Shown piece after piece: positions 49,448 to 64,000 of a stretch of DNA of 64,000 bases (the first letter of the stretch is position 1; every line of letters starts with the position of its first letter). Source of the DNA: the human T2T-CHM13v2.0 reference genome, Homo sapiens; assembly GCF_009914755.1 (NCBI RefSeq), contig NC_060929.1. The stretch is one strand, 5' to 3'. The position numbers were made by a program, and so were the translations under genes. Below the pieces are notes generated by a model, which was given only the letters and a program-made list of their open reading frames with translations, ran no database searches and had not been told where the DNA came from.

Positions 49448-52081
49448 TGAAGAAAGGAAGAAACCAGCAAAGAAGCTCTAAGACTCCTTGAACCTCAGTT
49501 TGAAAGCGGGCAGTCCTTCTCAGTATTCTTCCTTATCCACTCAAATAACATACTTCTCCCACCCTCTCTCCCTTCTGCTTTAGGTAAAAACCCTGTTCCT
49601 GGTCCCCTTGTACTCTTTTACCCAGAACAAGGAGCATAGGAATTGAGGGGAGCCACATTTGGGCCCTGAGGGAAAAGTAAGGTTCATAGGTGGAAAGCAT
49701 AGGAGAATATGTCCTTTTTCATTTTATTTGGTTGAAGTTCCTGATATTTGAAAAAGCTGCAGTACCAGCGATTCTGCCCTTTGAAGGTGACTCTCTAGAT
49801 AAAAGGTGAGAAAGGAAGACAAGTTTTCAGGTAAAAAGTGAGAGTCATGTTTAGGGAGCAGCTGGGCAAAAGTTGAGGAGATAACATAAGGTCATTTGTA
49901 GCTCTAAACTCTCCTAGGTTCTAATCATGCCCTCTGCTAAGCTCTTAGATAGCTTCTACCCAAGGTAGAGATGGAATTCCAGAGTGCCCCAAAGAACATT
50001 CACTGGTTGCAGGCATCTGATTAAAAGAGTGATCATCAGTTTCTGATACCTGTTCTCTAACTTCACACATTTGACTTTTATTTTTTTTCATCCTTCAACC
50101 TTTGGTGGCCTCAGCCCCAACATCAATGTTTTTACTTACAATGGGTATAGCCTAACAGCACTGTATTTTGGGAAATTTGACTGATTTACTCTCCATCCAA
50201 TCCTCTATGTTCATGAGGGAGATGGACATAATTTAATTTTTTCATAATGTCTTTGTCTAGTTTTCAGACCAGGATAGCACTGAACTCAGAAATTGAATTC
50301 AGAGGTATTTTCTCATATTCTATATTCTGGAAGAGCTTATGTAGAACTGAACGTTCCCTGTAGAAATTTTTTTAATGAAAAATTCAATTACTTTATTAGA
50401 TATAGGACTATTCAGATAATCTAGTTCTTCTTGAGTAAACATCATAGCTTATCTTTGAAGGATTTTGCTCATTTCAACAAAGTAGTCAAATTTATGGGGC
50501 TAATGATGCCTAAAATATTCCCTAATTATCCCTTAAATGTCAACAGGGTCTTGCATTTCTGATATTGATAATTTGTCCTGTTTTTTCTTGGTCACTCTGT
50601 CTACAGATTTATCAATTTTATCTATCTTTTCCAAGGACTAGTTTTTCATTTCACTGATTTTACTCTACTGTTTTTCTCTACTCAATTTCATTGATTTCTA
50701 CTCTACCTTATTATTTCTTTCTTTAGTTTTAATTTGAGTTTAATTTGCTCTTCTATTTCTGCTATGTTAAGGTAGCTGCTCAGAGCACTGATTGGAAATA
50801 CTTCTTTTCAAACATAAGCTTTTATTACTATAAATTTCCTTGTAAGTACTGTTTTACCTAAATCCTCCAAACTTTGATATGTGGTTTTTCAATTTCATCC
50901 TAATTTCCTTGTGACTTTTACTTTGACTTTGACTCATGGATCATGTCATCATTTCTAAATGTATAAGTTTGATGTATAATTTTCAAATATTTAAAAAAAA
51001 TTTTGATCTCTTCCAATGACTGTGTTTAGTTTAATTCTATATGGTCAGATAACACACTTGCATAATTTTAATTCTTTTAAGTTTGTTAAGATTGTGTTTT
51101 ATGGCCCAGAATGTAGTCTATCTTGCTAATATAGATAATAATTATAATATATAGATAATATAGATAATAATATAGATAATAATAATAAAAAGAATGTATA
51201 TTTCGCTACTGTTGAGTAGACTGCTCTATAAATGTCAGTTAGGTCATATAAGTTGATATTATTCTAGTCTTAAATTTCCTTATTGGTTTTCTATCTCCCT
51301 ATTCTATTGATTTTTAAGAAAAAAGCACTGACGTCTCTATAATTGTGAATTTGTCAATCTTTCCTGTCAGTTCTAACAGGTTTTTTTTTTTACTCCGTTT
51401 TTGAAGCTCTGTTGTTAGACACATGTAAGATTATTATGTCTTTTTGGGAAAATGACTCTTATTGTTATGTTCTTTATCCTAACCATACTATTTGTTCAAA
51501 AGTTTACTCTCTCTGATATAAATAGATTCATCTGAACTTTTTTTGGTTAGTGTTTGTATGGTATGCATTTTTCCTTCCTTATAACTTATGTCTTTATATT
51601 AAAAGTAGGTTTCTTACAAAGAGCACAGTTGTATCTTCACATTTTCATCCAATATGAAGATCTCTTTTTATTGGTAATGTCAGACCACTTACATGTAATA
51701 GAATTATTAACATGGTTAGATTCAGGTCTACCATTTTAGTATCCGTTTCCTGTTTATTCCCTGTATTTTCTGTTCTCCTACTTCCTCTTTTCTCTTTTCC
51801 TTAGAAAATTTTTAGTATTTCATATTTTTATATTAACTTTCTGCCTATATCTTTTTATATAATTTACTGGTTCCTCGTAAAAATGCATCATAGGCATAAT
51901 CTATAGCAATAGCGGTTTAAATGAATCTCCTTTGTGCTCAAACAGCATATCTTTAACTTATCGGATTATCAGATACATAGGTAGATAAACAGACATATAA
52001 ATATATAAATACAGAAACAGCAAACCTTACACAGTCTACTTACAGTTAACACTGTACCAGATCAAGAAAAATGCAGAAACA

Positions 52082-52391
52082 GGCAGGGCACAGTGGCTCA
52101 CGCCTGTAATCCCAGCACTTTGGGAGGCTGAGGCAGGCAGATCACAAGGTCAGGAGTTCAAGACCAGCCTGGCCAATATGGTGAAACCCCATCTCTACTA
52201 AAAATACAAAAATTAGCCAGGTGTGGTGGCGTGCACCTGTAGTAGTCCCAGCTACTCAGGAGGCTGAGGCAGAAGAATCACTTGAACCCAGGAGGCAGAG
52301 GTTGCAGTGAGCCGAGATCACACCACTACACTCCAGCCTGGGCAACAGAGCGAGACTCTGTCTCAAAAAAAAAAAAAAAAAAAAAAAAGAA
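52082..52391 (+). mobile_element. AluSg-like
   Basis: gatcacaaggtcaggagttc; TSD aagaaaaatgcagaaaca on both sides. Confidence 0.95.
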
Positions 52392-52944
52392 AAGAAAAAT
52401 GCAGAAACATTGCAACCATATAGACTCTTTTATTTCCACCTCCCCACTAGCTTTTATGTTTAGCCACCCATATTAAAAACCTCTCAGATAGTGGGATAAC
52501 TTAAGAATAAAATTAGTCCTTTATACGTATTTACCATTTTGATTGGTCCGCCTAAATATACATCTGGTATCATTTCCCTTCAGCCTACACAACGTCTATT
52601 AACATTTCATTAAAGTAAACATGTTAGAAATGGATACTCTTAGTCTTTATTTCATCTTCGTTCTTGAAGGATATTTTCAATGGATATAGAGTTCTGGGTT
52701 AACAGTTCTCTTCTTTCAGTACTTGAAACATATTGTTCCACTCTCTTCTGGCTGCCATGATTTCTGATGAGAAATCTGCATTTATTCAAATTATTGTTCC
52801 CCTCTATGTACCATTTTTTCCCGCTACTTTCAAGACTTTATTTTTGGTTTTCAACCATTTGATTACTGTGTTTATGCGTGGTTTTCTTTTAGTTTATCCT
52901 AACTGGCATTTGCTGAGCTTCTTTCATCTATAAATTTGTATCTT

Positions 52945-53258
52945 GGCTGGGCACGGTGGCTCATGTCTGTAATCCCAGCACTTTGGGAGGCTGAGGAGGG
53001 CGGATCACCTGAGATCAGGAGTTCGAGACCAGCCTGACCAACATGGTGAAACCCCATCTCTATTAAAAATACAAAAACTAGCTGGGCATGGTGGGGCTGG
53101 GGAGGGGGGGCACCTGTAATCCCAGCTACTCAGGAGACTGAAGCAGGAGAAGCTTGAACCCCAGGGGCAGAGGTTGCAGTAAGCCGAGATTGCACAATGC
53201 ACTCCAGCCTGGGCGACAAGAGTGAGACTCCGTCTCAAAAAATAAAAATAAAAATAAA
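52945..53258 (+). mobile_element. AluS (Sp/Sq-like) with a G-rich insertion in the right arm
   Basis: cagcctgaccaacatgg, gggcgacaagagtg; TSD aaatttgtatctt/aaattgtatctt. Confidence 0.94.
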
Positions 53259-53436
53259 AATTGTATCTTTCATCAAATTTGGGAAGTTTTCTACCATTAT
53301 TTCTTCAAATATTTTTTCCTACTCCAATCTCTTTCTCCTCTCCTTCTGCTGTTCTAATGATGCATACGTTAGACCTTTAGAATGAACCAACAAAACTCCA
53401 AGGCTCTGTTCTTTTCAATCTCTGTTCTTCAGAATG

Positions 53437-53750
<314 letters not shown>

Positions 53751-54559
53751 ACAAACTGAATAATTTCTAATGATCTGTCTTCAACTTCTGGCTCTTTCTT
53801 CTGTTATCACCATTCTGCTATTGCATCAATCCAGGATATTTTCTATTTTAGATAAAGTACTATCCACATAACAGAAATTTCAACAAATTTCTGCAGGGGT
53901 ATGGTTCACATAAGATAACATTTTAGGAAACAAGCATCTACCAATCTAGTTACAACCTAAGAAATAAGTGGATGAACTTACTACTTAATCAAAAGTGGAC
54001 CTAATTTTACCTACTACTTAACTATCAGACAGGCCCTTGGCTCCAATATATTGGTCTTTCTAATAATCTTCAGGGAAGTACCCTGAGGACAACATACCAA
54101 ACAGCAGAATATATAGTACCTATTCCCAAAGAATCTTAGTACCTATTCCCAAAGAATACTTAAACCCAAAAAAGAAAAATAAAGGAAAAAACAGAAAAAC
54201 AGTGAAGAACTTAATGAAGACGTACCAATTAAAGACAGAGGGAAGAGTGCTCTCAGGCTCCTTACCCTCAGCTATCTGTTTGTCCCACTCTATTCTAAAT
54301 AGACATTTGGTCTTCTAATACTTAATTTATTAATACGAATACTACTCTCTTCAACCCACAATGGAGCCTGAAATTATTGATCTTATGAATTTAGAGCCTA
54401 CAACAGAACCAATTTCAAACAGAAATTCTGGAAAAATAAAGATAAATAACTCTAATGCTTTCTGAGGATGACTTAAGGAGGAAAAAAATAACAGGGCATA
54501 TAAAAACATTCCACAGTTCAAAAGAAATGGACCCACTGGAGAAGTATGAATAAATTATA

Positions 54560-55130
54560 TGGGGAAAAAGTTGGATATAAAAGAGAAAAACCATGGGAAA
54601 TATATCTAACTCATATTCTTAGTGAGATTTGAGGGGATGTGGCATTTTTTTAAAAAAGAATGACTTTGGAATAGCAAAGAAAATTTTCAGATAAAGATAT
54701 AATTACCAAATTTTAAAATATAATGAGAGAAGAAAGGATAATGTCAAAAATTCTAAACTGACTTCAATGCCAGCTCAAAAAAAATCCTAAAAATGACAGG
54801 AAAGGTTAGAGAGGTCAATTTGACAGGGGAGATGACAGAGGCAGACAGAGGATGGATCCAAAAAATATAATACACACATAATAGGAAGGCTAAGAGAGAA
54901 CTGGCAGACTGACAGAAAAGGGAGAAAATAAATAGCAGACAAACATTCTCTAAGTAAAACAGATTTAAAATTTTAGAATCAAAGGGTTCATTAGTAACAT
55001 AACAAATCAGTAAAGAAAAAACACAGACCGTATCTTGAATATTTTCTTTTTCCTCAAAATATTAAAAACATCTACATATCCAGACAGTTGAAACAGATTC
55101 TCTAAAAGAGAAAGAGAAAAAGCAATCTCA
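54560..55130 (+). mobile_element. HAL1/L1ME ORF1-like relic, resuming at 63920 after the L1MA insertion
   Basis: A-rich ORF1-like text (cacataataggaag, ttttagaatcaaagggttca, aaaacatctacatatccagacag). Confidence 0.45.
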
Positions 55131-57556
55131 GAGGCAGAGCAAGATGGTGCAATAGAAAGCTCCACCAATCGTCCCCCCAAGGACAAAAAAGTTAACAACT
55201 ATCTACACAGAAAAAAACACCTTCATAAGAACCAAAAATCAGGGCAGCACTCACAGGACTTGGTTTGAACTTCATATCACTGAAAGAAGCACAGAAGAGA
55301 TTAAAAGTAACAGTCCTGAATCACCAATGCCACCCTTTTCCTCAGAGTGGTGACTCCTCTTCCAGCAGCAGTGCATGGTATGGAGGGTATCTCTGGGCAC
55401 TGGGGAAGGGAGAACACTGCAATTGTGAGGCACTGAACTCTGTGCTGTCCTGTTAGAGCAGAAAGGAAAACCGGACCGAACTCAGCTGATGCCCACCCAC
55501 AGGGGGAGCATTTAAACCAGCCCTAGCCAGAAAGGAATCCCAGAGGTCCAAACTTGAGTCCCTGGAAAACCTCGCCACCGAGGGCTACAGCACTGTGTGT
55601 CTCCAAGTAAACTTGAAAGACAGTCTAGGCCATAAGAACTGCAACTCTTTGGCAAGTCCTACGGCTGAACTAGGCCTAGAGACAATGGAGGGAGCACGCA
55701 ACATACTGAGATACCACCTGGGGCAGCCAAGGGAGTGCTGACATTATCTCTCCTAACCCCAGGTTGCACAGCTGGTGGCTCCAAAAGAGACCCCTCCCTT
55801 CCACTTGAGGAGAGGAGAGGGAAGAGTGGGGAGGACTTTGTCTTGCATCTTGGATACCAGCTCAGCCACAGCAGGATAGGGCACCGGTCAGAGTCATGAG
55901 GCCCCCATTCCAGGACCTAACTACTCCCAGACGACATTCCTAGACACACCCTCGTCCAGAAGGGAACTTGCTGCCTTGAAGGAAAGGTCTGAGGCTTGGC
56001 AGCATTCATAATCTGCTAACTGAAGAGCCCTTGGGCCCTGAATAACCAGCAGCAATATCCAGGTACTACATTGAGGGCCTTGGTGAACCACTGAGACTTG
56101 TTGGCTTCAGGTGAGACTCAGCACATTCCCAGCTGTGGTGGCTATGGGGCAAAACTCCTGCTTGAGAACAGCAGGGGGGAAAGTAAAAGGGGCTCTGCCT
56201 TGCCCCCTAGGTACCAGTACAGCCACAGCAGGGTAGAGCACCAAGTGGGCTCTTAGCGTCTTCAATTCTAGGACTTGGCTCTTGGACAGCATTTCTGGAC
56301 ATGTCCTGGGCCAGAAGGGAGCCCACTGTCCTGAAGGGTGAGTCCCAGGCCAAGCAGCATTCATGAAAAGTACTGCCAGAGTTCCCCCGATAGCTTTTCA
56401 TGAATGCTGACTTAAGAGACCTTGGGCGTTAAGGGACTATGGGGGTACTCTGGCAGTACTCTTTGTGGCCTGGGGTGGTGGTGGCTACAGGTTGAGGCTC
56501 CTCTGCCTTCAGAAAGGGGAGGAAAAGTGGGAAGCATTGCACCTTGTGGTTTGAGTGCCAGCTCGGCTGCAATACAACAGAACACTAGGTAGACTTCTAA
56601 GGTTTCTGACTCTAGTCCCTGACTCCCAGGGCTCCTAGACAGAACTTCTTGACCCATCCGGGGCCTGGGGGAGCTCGCCACCCTTAAGGGAAGGACACAG
56701 GCCTGGTTGGCTTTGCTACCTGCTGACTGTAGAGCCCCAGGGCCTTGAGCAAACATGGCAATAGCCAAGAAGCGGTTACAGCAGGCCTTGTGCAAGACCC
56801 AGTCCTGTGCTGGCTTCAGGTCTGACCCAGCACATAGTACCAGTGGCCACACGGGTGCTTGTGTCACCATTCTCAGCTTTATCTGGCTCAAAACAGAGAA
56901 GAGAGAGACTCTGTATGTTTGGAAGAAAGTAAGGAAAGAGAACAAGAGTCTCTGCCCGGTAATCCAGATAATTCTCCTAGATCTGTTCTAAGACCATCTA
57001 GGCAGTACCTCTATGAGTCTGCAAGAACCACAGTGTTACTGAGCTTGGGGTGCCCCCTAAAGCCAATATAGCTTAGATCACAACACCCACGTTCTTTCAA
57101 ATATCTGGAAAGACTTCCCAAGAAGGATGGCCAAAAATATGCCAAGGCAGTGAAGACTACAATAAATACCTAACTCTTCAATGCCCAGACACCAAAGAAC
57201 ATCTACTTGCACCAACCTCTATGAGGCTGCAAAAACCACAGCATTATTGGGCTTGGGGCCCAAGTTCCTATGAATACTAGAAAGCCTTCCCAAGAAAGAT
57301 AAGCATAAACAAGCCCAGGCAGTGATGACTACAATAAATACCTAACTCTCCAATGCCCAAAAACTGATGAACATCTACAAACATCAAGACCATCCAGGAA
57401 AATACGACCTCACCAATCAAACTAAATAAGGCACCAAGCACCAATTCTGGAAAAAGAGAAATATGTGACCTTTCAGATACAGAATTCAAAATAGCTGTCT
57501 TGAGAAAACTCAAAGAAATTCAAGATCAGAGAAGGAATTAAGAATTCTATCAGATA

Positions 57557-57862
<306 letters not shown>

Positions 57863-60800
57863 TTAACAAAGAGATTGAAACAGTTAAAAAGAATCAATCA
57901 GAAATTCTAGAGTTAAAAAATGCAGTTGATATACTGAAGAATGCATCAGAGTCTCTTATCAGCAGAATTGATCAAGCAGAAGAAAGAATTCATGAGCTTG
58001 AAGACAGGCTCTTTGGAAATACACGGTCAGAGGAGACCAAAGAAAAAAGAATAAAGAAGAATGAAGCATGCCTAAAAGATCTAGAAAACAGCCTCAAAAG
58101 GGCAAATTTAAGAGTTATTGTCCTTAAAGGGAAGGTAGAGAAATCGATGGCGGTAGAAAGTTTATTCAAAGGGATAATATCAGAGAACTTCCCAAACCTA
58201 GAGAAAGATATCAACATTCAAGTACAAGAAGGTTATAGAACATCAAGCAGATTTAAGCTAAAGAAGCCTACCTCGAGACATTTAATAATCAGACTCCCAA
58301 AGGTCAAGGATAGAGAAAGGATCCTAAAAGCAGCAAGAGAAAAAGAACAAATAACATACAACGGAGCTCCAATATGGTGGCAGTAGACTTTTCAGTGGAA
58401 ACAGGTAAGGTTTCCTAACATATTTAAAAGTGCTGAAGAAAAGTAACTTTCACCTCAGAATAGTATATCCAGTGAAAATATCCTTCAAACATGAAGAAAT
58501 AAACTTTCCCAAACAAAAGCTGAGGGATTTCATCAATGCCAGACCTGTCCTACAAGAAATGCTAAAGGAAGTACTTCAATCAGAAAGAAAATGACATTAA
58601 TGAGCAATAAATAATCACCTGAAGGTACAAAACTAACTGGTAATAGTAAGTACACAGAAAAACATAGAATATTATAAAACTGTAGCTGTGATGTATAAAC
58701 TATTCTTATCCTGAGTAGAAAAACTAAATGATGAACCAATCAAAAATGGTAACTACAAGTTTTCAGGACATGGTACAATAAGATATAAACAGAAACAACA
58801 AAAGGTTAAAAAGTGAGGAGACGAAGTTAAAGCACGGAGTTTTTATTAGTTTTCTTTTTGCTTGTTTGTTTATGCAAATAGTGTTAAATTACTATCAGGT
58901 TAAAATAATGGATTATAAGATAGTATTTGCAAGCCTCATGGTAACCTCAAACCAAAAACATACAAGATATATAGAAAAAGTAAAAAACAAAAAACTAAAT
59001 CATATTACCAGAGAAAATCCCTTCACTAGAAGACAGGAAGGAAAGAAAGAAGGAAGAGAAAACCATAAAATAACTAGAAAACAAATAACAAAATAGCAGG
59101 AGTAAGTCCTTACTTATCAATAATAACATTTAACATAAATGGACTAAACTCGCCAATCAGAAAAACAGAGTGGCCGAATGGATGAAAAAACAAAACCCAT
59201 TGATCTGTTGCCCACAAAAAAACACACTGTACCCATAAAAACATATATCAGCTGAAAACAAAGGTATGGAAAATGACATTCCATCCCAATGGAAATGAAA
59301 AAAGAGCAGGAGTTGCTATACAATACCAAACAAAATAGACTTCAAGACAAAAACTATAAGAAGAGACAAAGAAGGTCACTATATGATAAAGGAGTCAATT
59401 CAGCAAGAGGATATAACAATTTTAAATATATATGTACCCTACACTGGAGCACCCAGATATATAAAGCAAATATTATTAGAGCTAAAGAGAGAGACAGGCC
59501 CAAATGCAATAACAGCTAGGAGACTTCAACATTCCACTTTCAGCATCAGACAGATCTTCCAACAGAAAATCAAGAAACACCACACTTAATCTGCACTATA
59601 GACAAAAATGAATCTAATACATATTTACAGAACCTTTTATCCAAGAGCTGCAAAATATACATTCTTTTCCTCAACACATAAATCTTTCTCAAGGATGGAC
59701 CATATGTTAGGTCACAAAACAAGTCTTAAAAGCGTTCAAAAAATTGAAATAATTGCATCTTCTCTGATCACAATAGAATAAAACTAGAAATTAATAACAA
59801 AAGGAATTTTGGAAACTATACAAACACATGGAAATTAAACAATATGCTCCTGAATGACCAGTGGGTCAATGAAGTAATTAAGAAAGAAACTGAAAAATCT
59901 AAGAGGGAATTTCATAGCTATAAGTGTCTACATCAAAAAAGAAGAAAAACTTCAAAAGCACAATCTAACGATGCATCTTAAGGAACTAGAAAAGCAGGAG
60001 TGAACAAAACACAAAATTAGTAGAAGAAAAGAAATAATAGAGACCAGAGAAGAAATAAATGAAATTGAAATGAAAAAATACAAAAGATCAATGAAACAAA
60101 AAGCTTTTTTTGAAAAGTTAAACAAAATTGACAAACCATCAGCCAGACTAAGAAAAAAAAGAGAAAAATCCAAATAAATAAAATCAGAAATGAAAAAGAA
60201 GATATTACAACTGATGCTACAGAAATTCAAAGGATCATTAGTGGCTACTATGAGCACCCATATATGCCAATAAATTGGAAAATCTAGAAGAAATGGACAA
60301 ATTCCTAGATACATACAACCTATCAAGATTGAATCAGGAAGAAATCCAAAACTTGAACAGACCCCAATATCAAATCACAAGATGAAAGCTGTAATAAAAA
60401 GTCTCCCACTGAAGAAAAGCCCAGGACCCGATAGCTTAACTGCTAAATTCTACCAAACATTTAAAGAAGAATTAATATCAATCCTACTCAAACTGTTCTG
60501 AAAAACAGAGCAGGGAATACTTCCAAACTCATTCTACAAGGCCAGTATTACCCTGATACCAAAACCAGACAAAGACACATCAAGGAAAAAGAAAATGACA
60601 CCCCAATATCTCTAATGAATATTGATGCAAAAATCCTCAACAAAATGCTAGAAAGCTGAGTTCAACAATACATCAGAAAGATCACTCATCATGACCAAGT
60701 GGGATTTATCCCTGGGATGCAAGGATGCTTCAACATACACAAATCAATCAATGTGATACATCATGTCAACAAAATGGGCAATAAAAACCATATGATCATT

Positions 60801-62825
60801 TCAATTGATGCTGAAGAACCGTTTGATAAAATCCAACATCCTTTCATGATAAAAACCCTCAAAAAACTGGGAATAGAAGGAACATACATCAACATAATAA
60901 AAACTATATATGACAAACCTCACAGCTAGTATCATACTGAATGGGAAAAAACTGAAAGTCTTTCCTATAAGCTCTGGAACACGACAAGGTTGCCCACTGT
61001 CATCTCTGTTATTCAACATACCACTGGAAGTCCTAGCTAGAGCAATCAGACAAGAGAAAGACATAAAGGGTCTCCAACTGGAAAGGAAGAAATTAAAGTA
61101 TCCTTGTTTGCAGATGATACAATCTTATATTGGGGAAAACCTAAAGACTCCACCACAAAACTATTAGAACTGATAAACAAATTAAGTAAAGTTGCAGGAT
61201 ACAAAATCAACATACCAAAATCAGGAGCATTTCTATATGCCAACAGTGAACAAGGTGAAAAAGAAATTTTAAAAGTAATCCCATTTACACTAGCCACACA
61301 CAAAATTAAATACCCAGGAATAAACTTAACCAAAGAAGTGAACTATCTCTATAGTGAAAACTATAAAACACTGAAGAAGGAAATTGAAAAGGACACCAAA
61401 AAATGGAAAAATATTCTGTGTTCATGGCCTGGAAGGCTCAATATTGTTAAAATGTCCCTACTACCCAAAACAATCTACAGATTCAATGCAATGCCTATCA
61501 AAATACCAAAGACATTCTTCATAGAAATAGAAAAAGAAATCCTAAAATTTATATGGAACCACAAAAGATCCAGAATAGCCAAAGTTATATTAAGCAAAAA
61601 GAACAAAACTGGAGGAATCACATTACCTGACTTCAAATTATACTACAAAGCTATAGTAACCAAACAGCATGTACTGGCATAAAAACAGACACACAGAGGA
61701 ATGGAACAGAATAGAGAACCCAGAAACAAATCCACACACCTACAGAGAACTGAGAAAGATGCGAAGAGCATACACTGAGGAAAAGACAGTCTCTAATAAA
61801 TGGTGCTAGGAAAACTGGATATCCATATGCAGGAAAACAAAATTAGATACCTATCTCTCAGCATATACAAATATAAAATCAAAATGGATTAAAGACTTAA
61901 ATCTAAGACCTCCAACCATGAAACTACTACAACAAAACATTGGGGAAAATCTCCAGGACATTGGTCTGGGCAAAGATTTCTTGAGTAATACCCCACAAGC
62001 ACAGGCAACCAAAGCACAAACAGACAAATCGGATCACATCAAGTTAAAAAGCTTCTACACAGCAAAGGACACGATCAACAAAGTGAAGAGACAACTCATA
62101 GAATGGGAGAAAATATTTGCAAACTATCCATCTCACAAGAGATTTAAAACCAGAATATATCAGGAACTCAAACAATTCTATAGGAAAAAGTCTAATAATC
62201 TAAAAATGGGCAAGATTTGATCAAATGATAAAAAGGGGGCAAAAGATTTGAAAAGACGTTACTCAAAAGAAGACATGCAATTGGCAAACAGGCATATTAA
62301 AAGATGCTGAACATCACTGATCATCAAAGAAATGCAAATCTAAACTATAATGAGTTATCATCTCACCCCAGTTAAAATGGCTTATACTCAAAAGAAAGAC
62401 AGGCAACAACAAATGCTGGTGAGGATGTGGAGAAAAGGGAACCCCTGCACACTGTTGGTGGGAATATAAATTAGTACAACCACTATGGAAAACAGTTTAG
62501 AGGTTCCTCAAAAAGAAACTAGTAATTGAGCTACCACATGACCCAGCAATCCCACTGCTGGGTACAACCCAAAAGAAAGAAAATCAGGAGTGCAAAGAGA
62601 CATCCGCACTCCAATGCTCGCTGCAGCACTGTTGCCAAAAGCTAAGATTTGGAAGCAACCTAAGTGTCCACCAACAGACAAATGGATAAAGAAAATGTGG
62701 GGCAAATACACAATGGAGTACTATTCAGTCATAAAAAACAATGGGATCCAGTCATTTGCAACAACATGGGTGGAAATGAAGATCTTGTTAAGTGAAATAA
62801 ACCAGGCACAGAAAGACAAACATCT

Positions 62826-63152
<327 letters not shown>

Positions 63153-63455
63153 TCATGTTCTCACTTACTTGTGGGGTCTAAAAATCAAAACAACTGAACT
63201 TATGGACATAGAGAGTAGAAGGATGGTTACCAGAGGCTGAGAAGGGAAGTGGGGGATACAGGGGAGGTGGAGTGGTTAATGGGTACAAACATAACAGAAT
63301 GAATGAATAAGACCTTCTATTTGACAGGAAAATAGGGTGACCACAATCAACAATAATGTAATTGTACATTTTAAAATAACTTAAAGAGTGTAATTGAATT
63401 GTTTGTAACTCAGAAGGAAAAAGGTATAAGGAGATGGATATCCCATTCCCCATGA

Positions 63456-63916
<461 letters not shown>

Positions 63917-64000
63917 TCATTGTCATCACATCACATTTCTGCTCTGTACAGCTAAAGCCAGACAAAATCAAGAATGAAATCTACAAAAATCTAAGGAAAA

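Noticed and set aside
51130-51190. Repeated atatagataata units that might suggest a CRISPR-like array
   Set aside because: Low-complexity slippage repeat inside an L1, with no unique spacers; eukaryotic context.
56412-56945. 177-aa antisense ORF in the L1 5'UTR (ORF0-like?)
   Set aside because: No resemblance to L1PA ORF0, a non-ATG start, and GC-richer UTR sequence gives long open frames by chance.
61104-61682. 192-aa ORF with FADD reverse-transcriptase motif
   Set aside because: Fragment of L1 ORF2; the rest has many stops and frameshifts, so it is neither an active element nor a novel RT system.

Overview
Primate (human or very close ape) genomic DNA, AT-rich and repeat-dense, lying inside the AP3B1 gene (AP-3 adaptor complex beta-3A subunit), which is transcribed on the minus strand. 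Five coding exons with canonical AG/GT boundaries are present (44808-44734, 32097-32002, 31390-31230, 29466-29400, 20082-19900). They splice in frame into 194 aa of the adaptin N-terminal trunk, probably exons 3-7. Everything else is intron: about 29 Alu/FLAM copies, MIR and L2 relics, old L1M/HAL1-like fragments, MaLR LTRs (MLT1, THE1), a MER4-type LTR, a solo LTR14 (HERV-K(C4)/HML-10), DNA-transposon fossils (MER104, Tigger3a with nested MER1A), a decayed ATP6V1G1 processed pseudogene inserted in an L1, and a full-length TSD-bounded L1MA1-like element (55131-63905). I see no evidence of a new multi-gene system, and almost all listed ORFs are repeat-derived noise. The most unusual signals are several locally templated insertion/duplication scars (an orphan 84-nt LTR14 copy, a fold-back insertion in the L1 5'UTR, a duplication-plus-deletion at a MER1A end), a possibly chimeric L1 5' region, a sense-oriented LTR14 upstream of an exon that begins with an in-frame ATG, a near-abutting inverted Alu pair, and repeat-free blocks that may be conserved enhancers. 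Repeat subfamily names come from recalled consensus sequences, not from a search.
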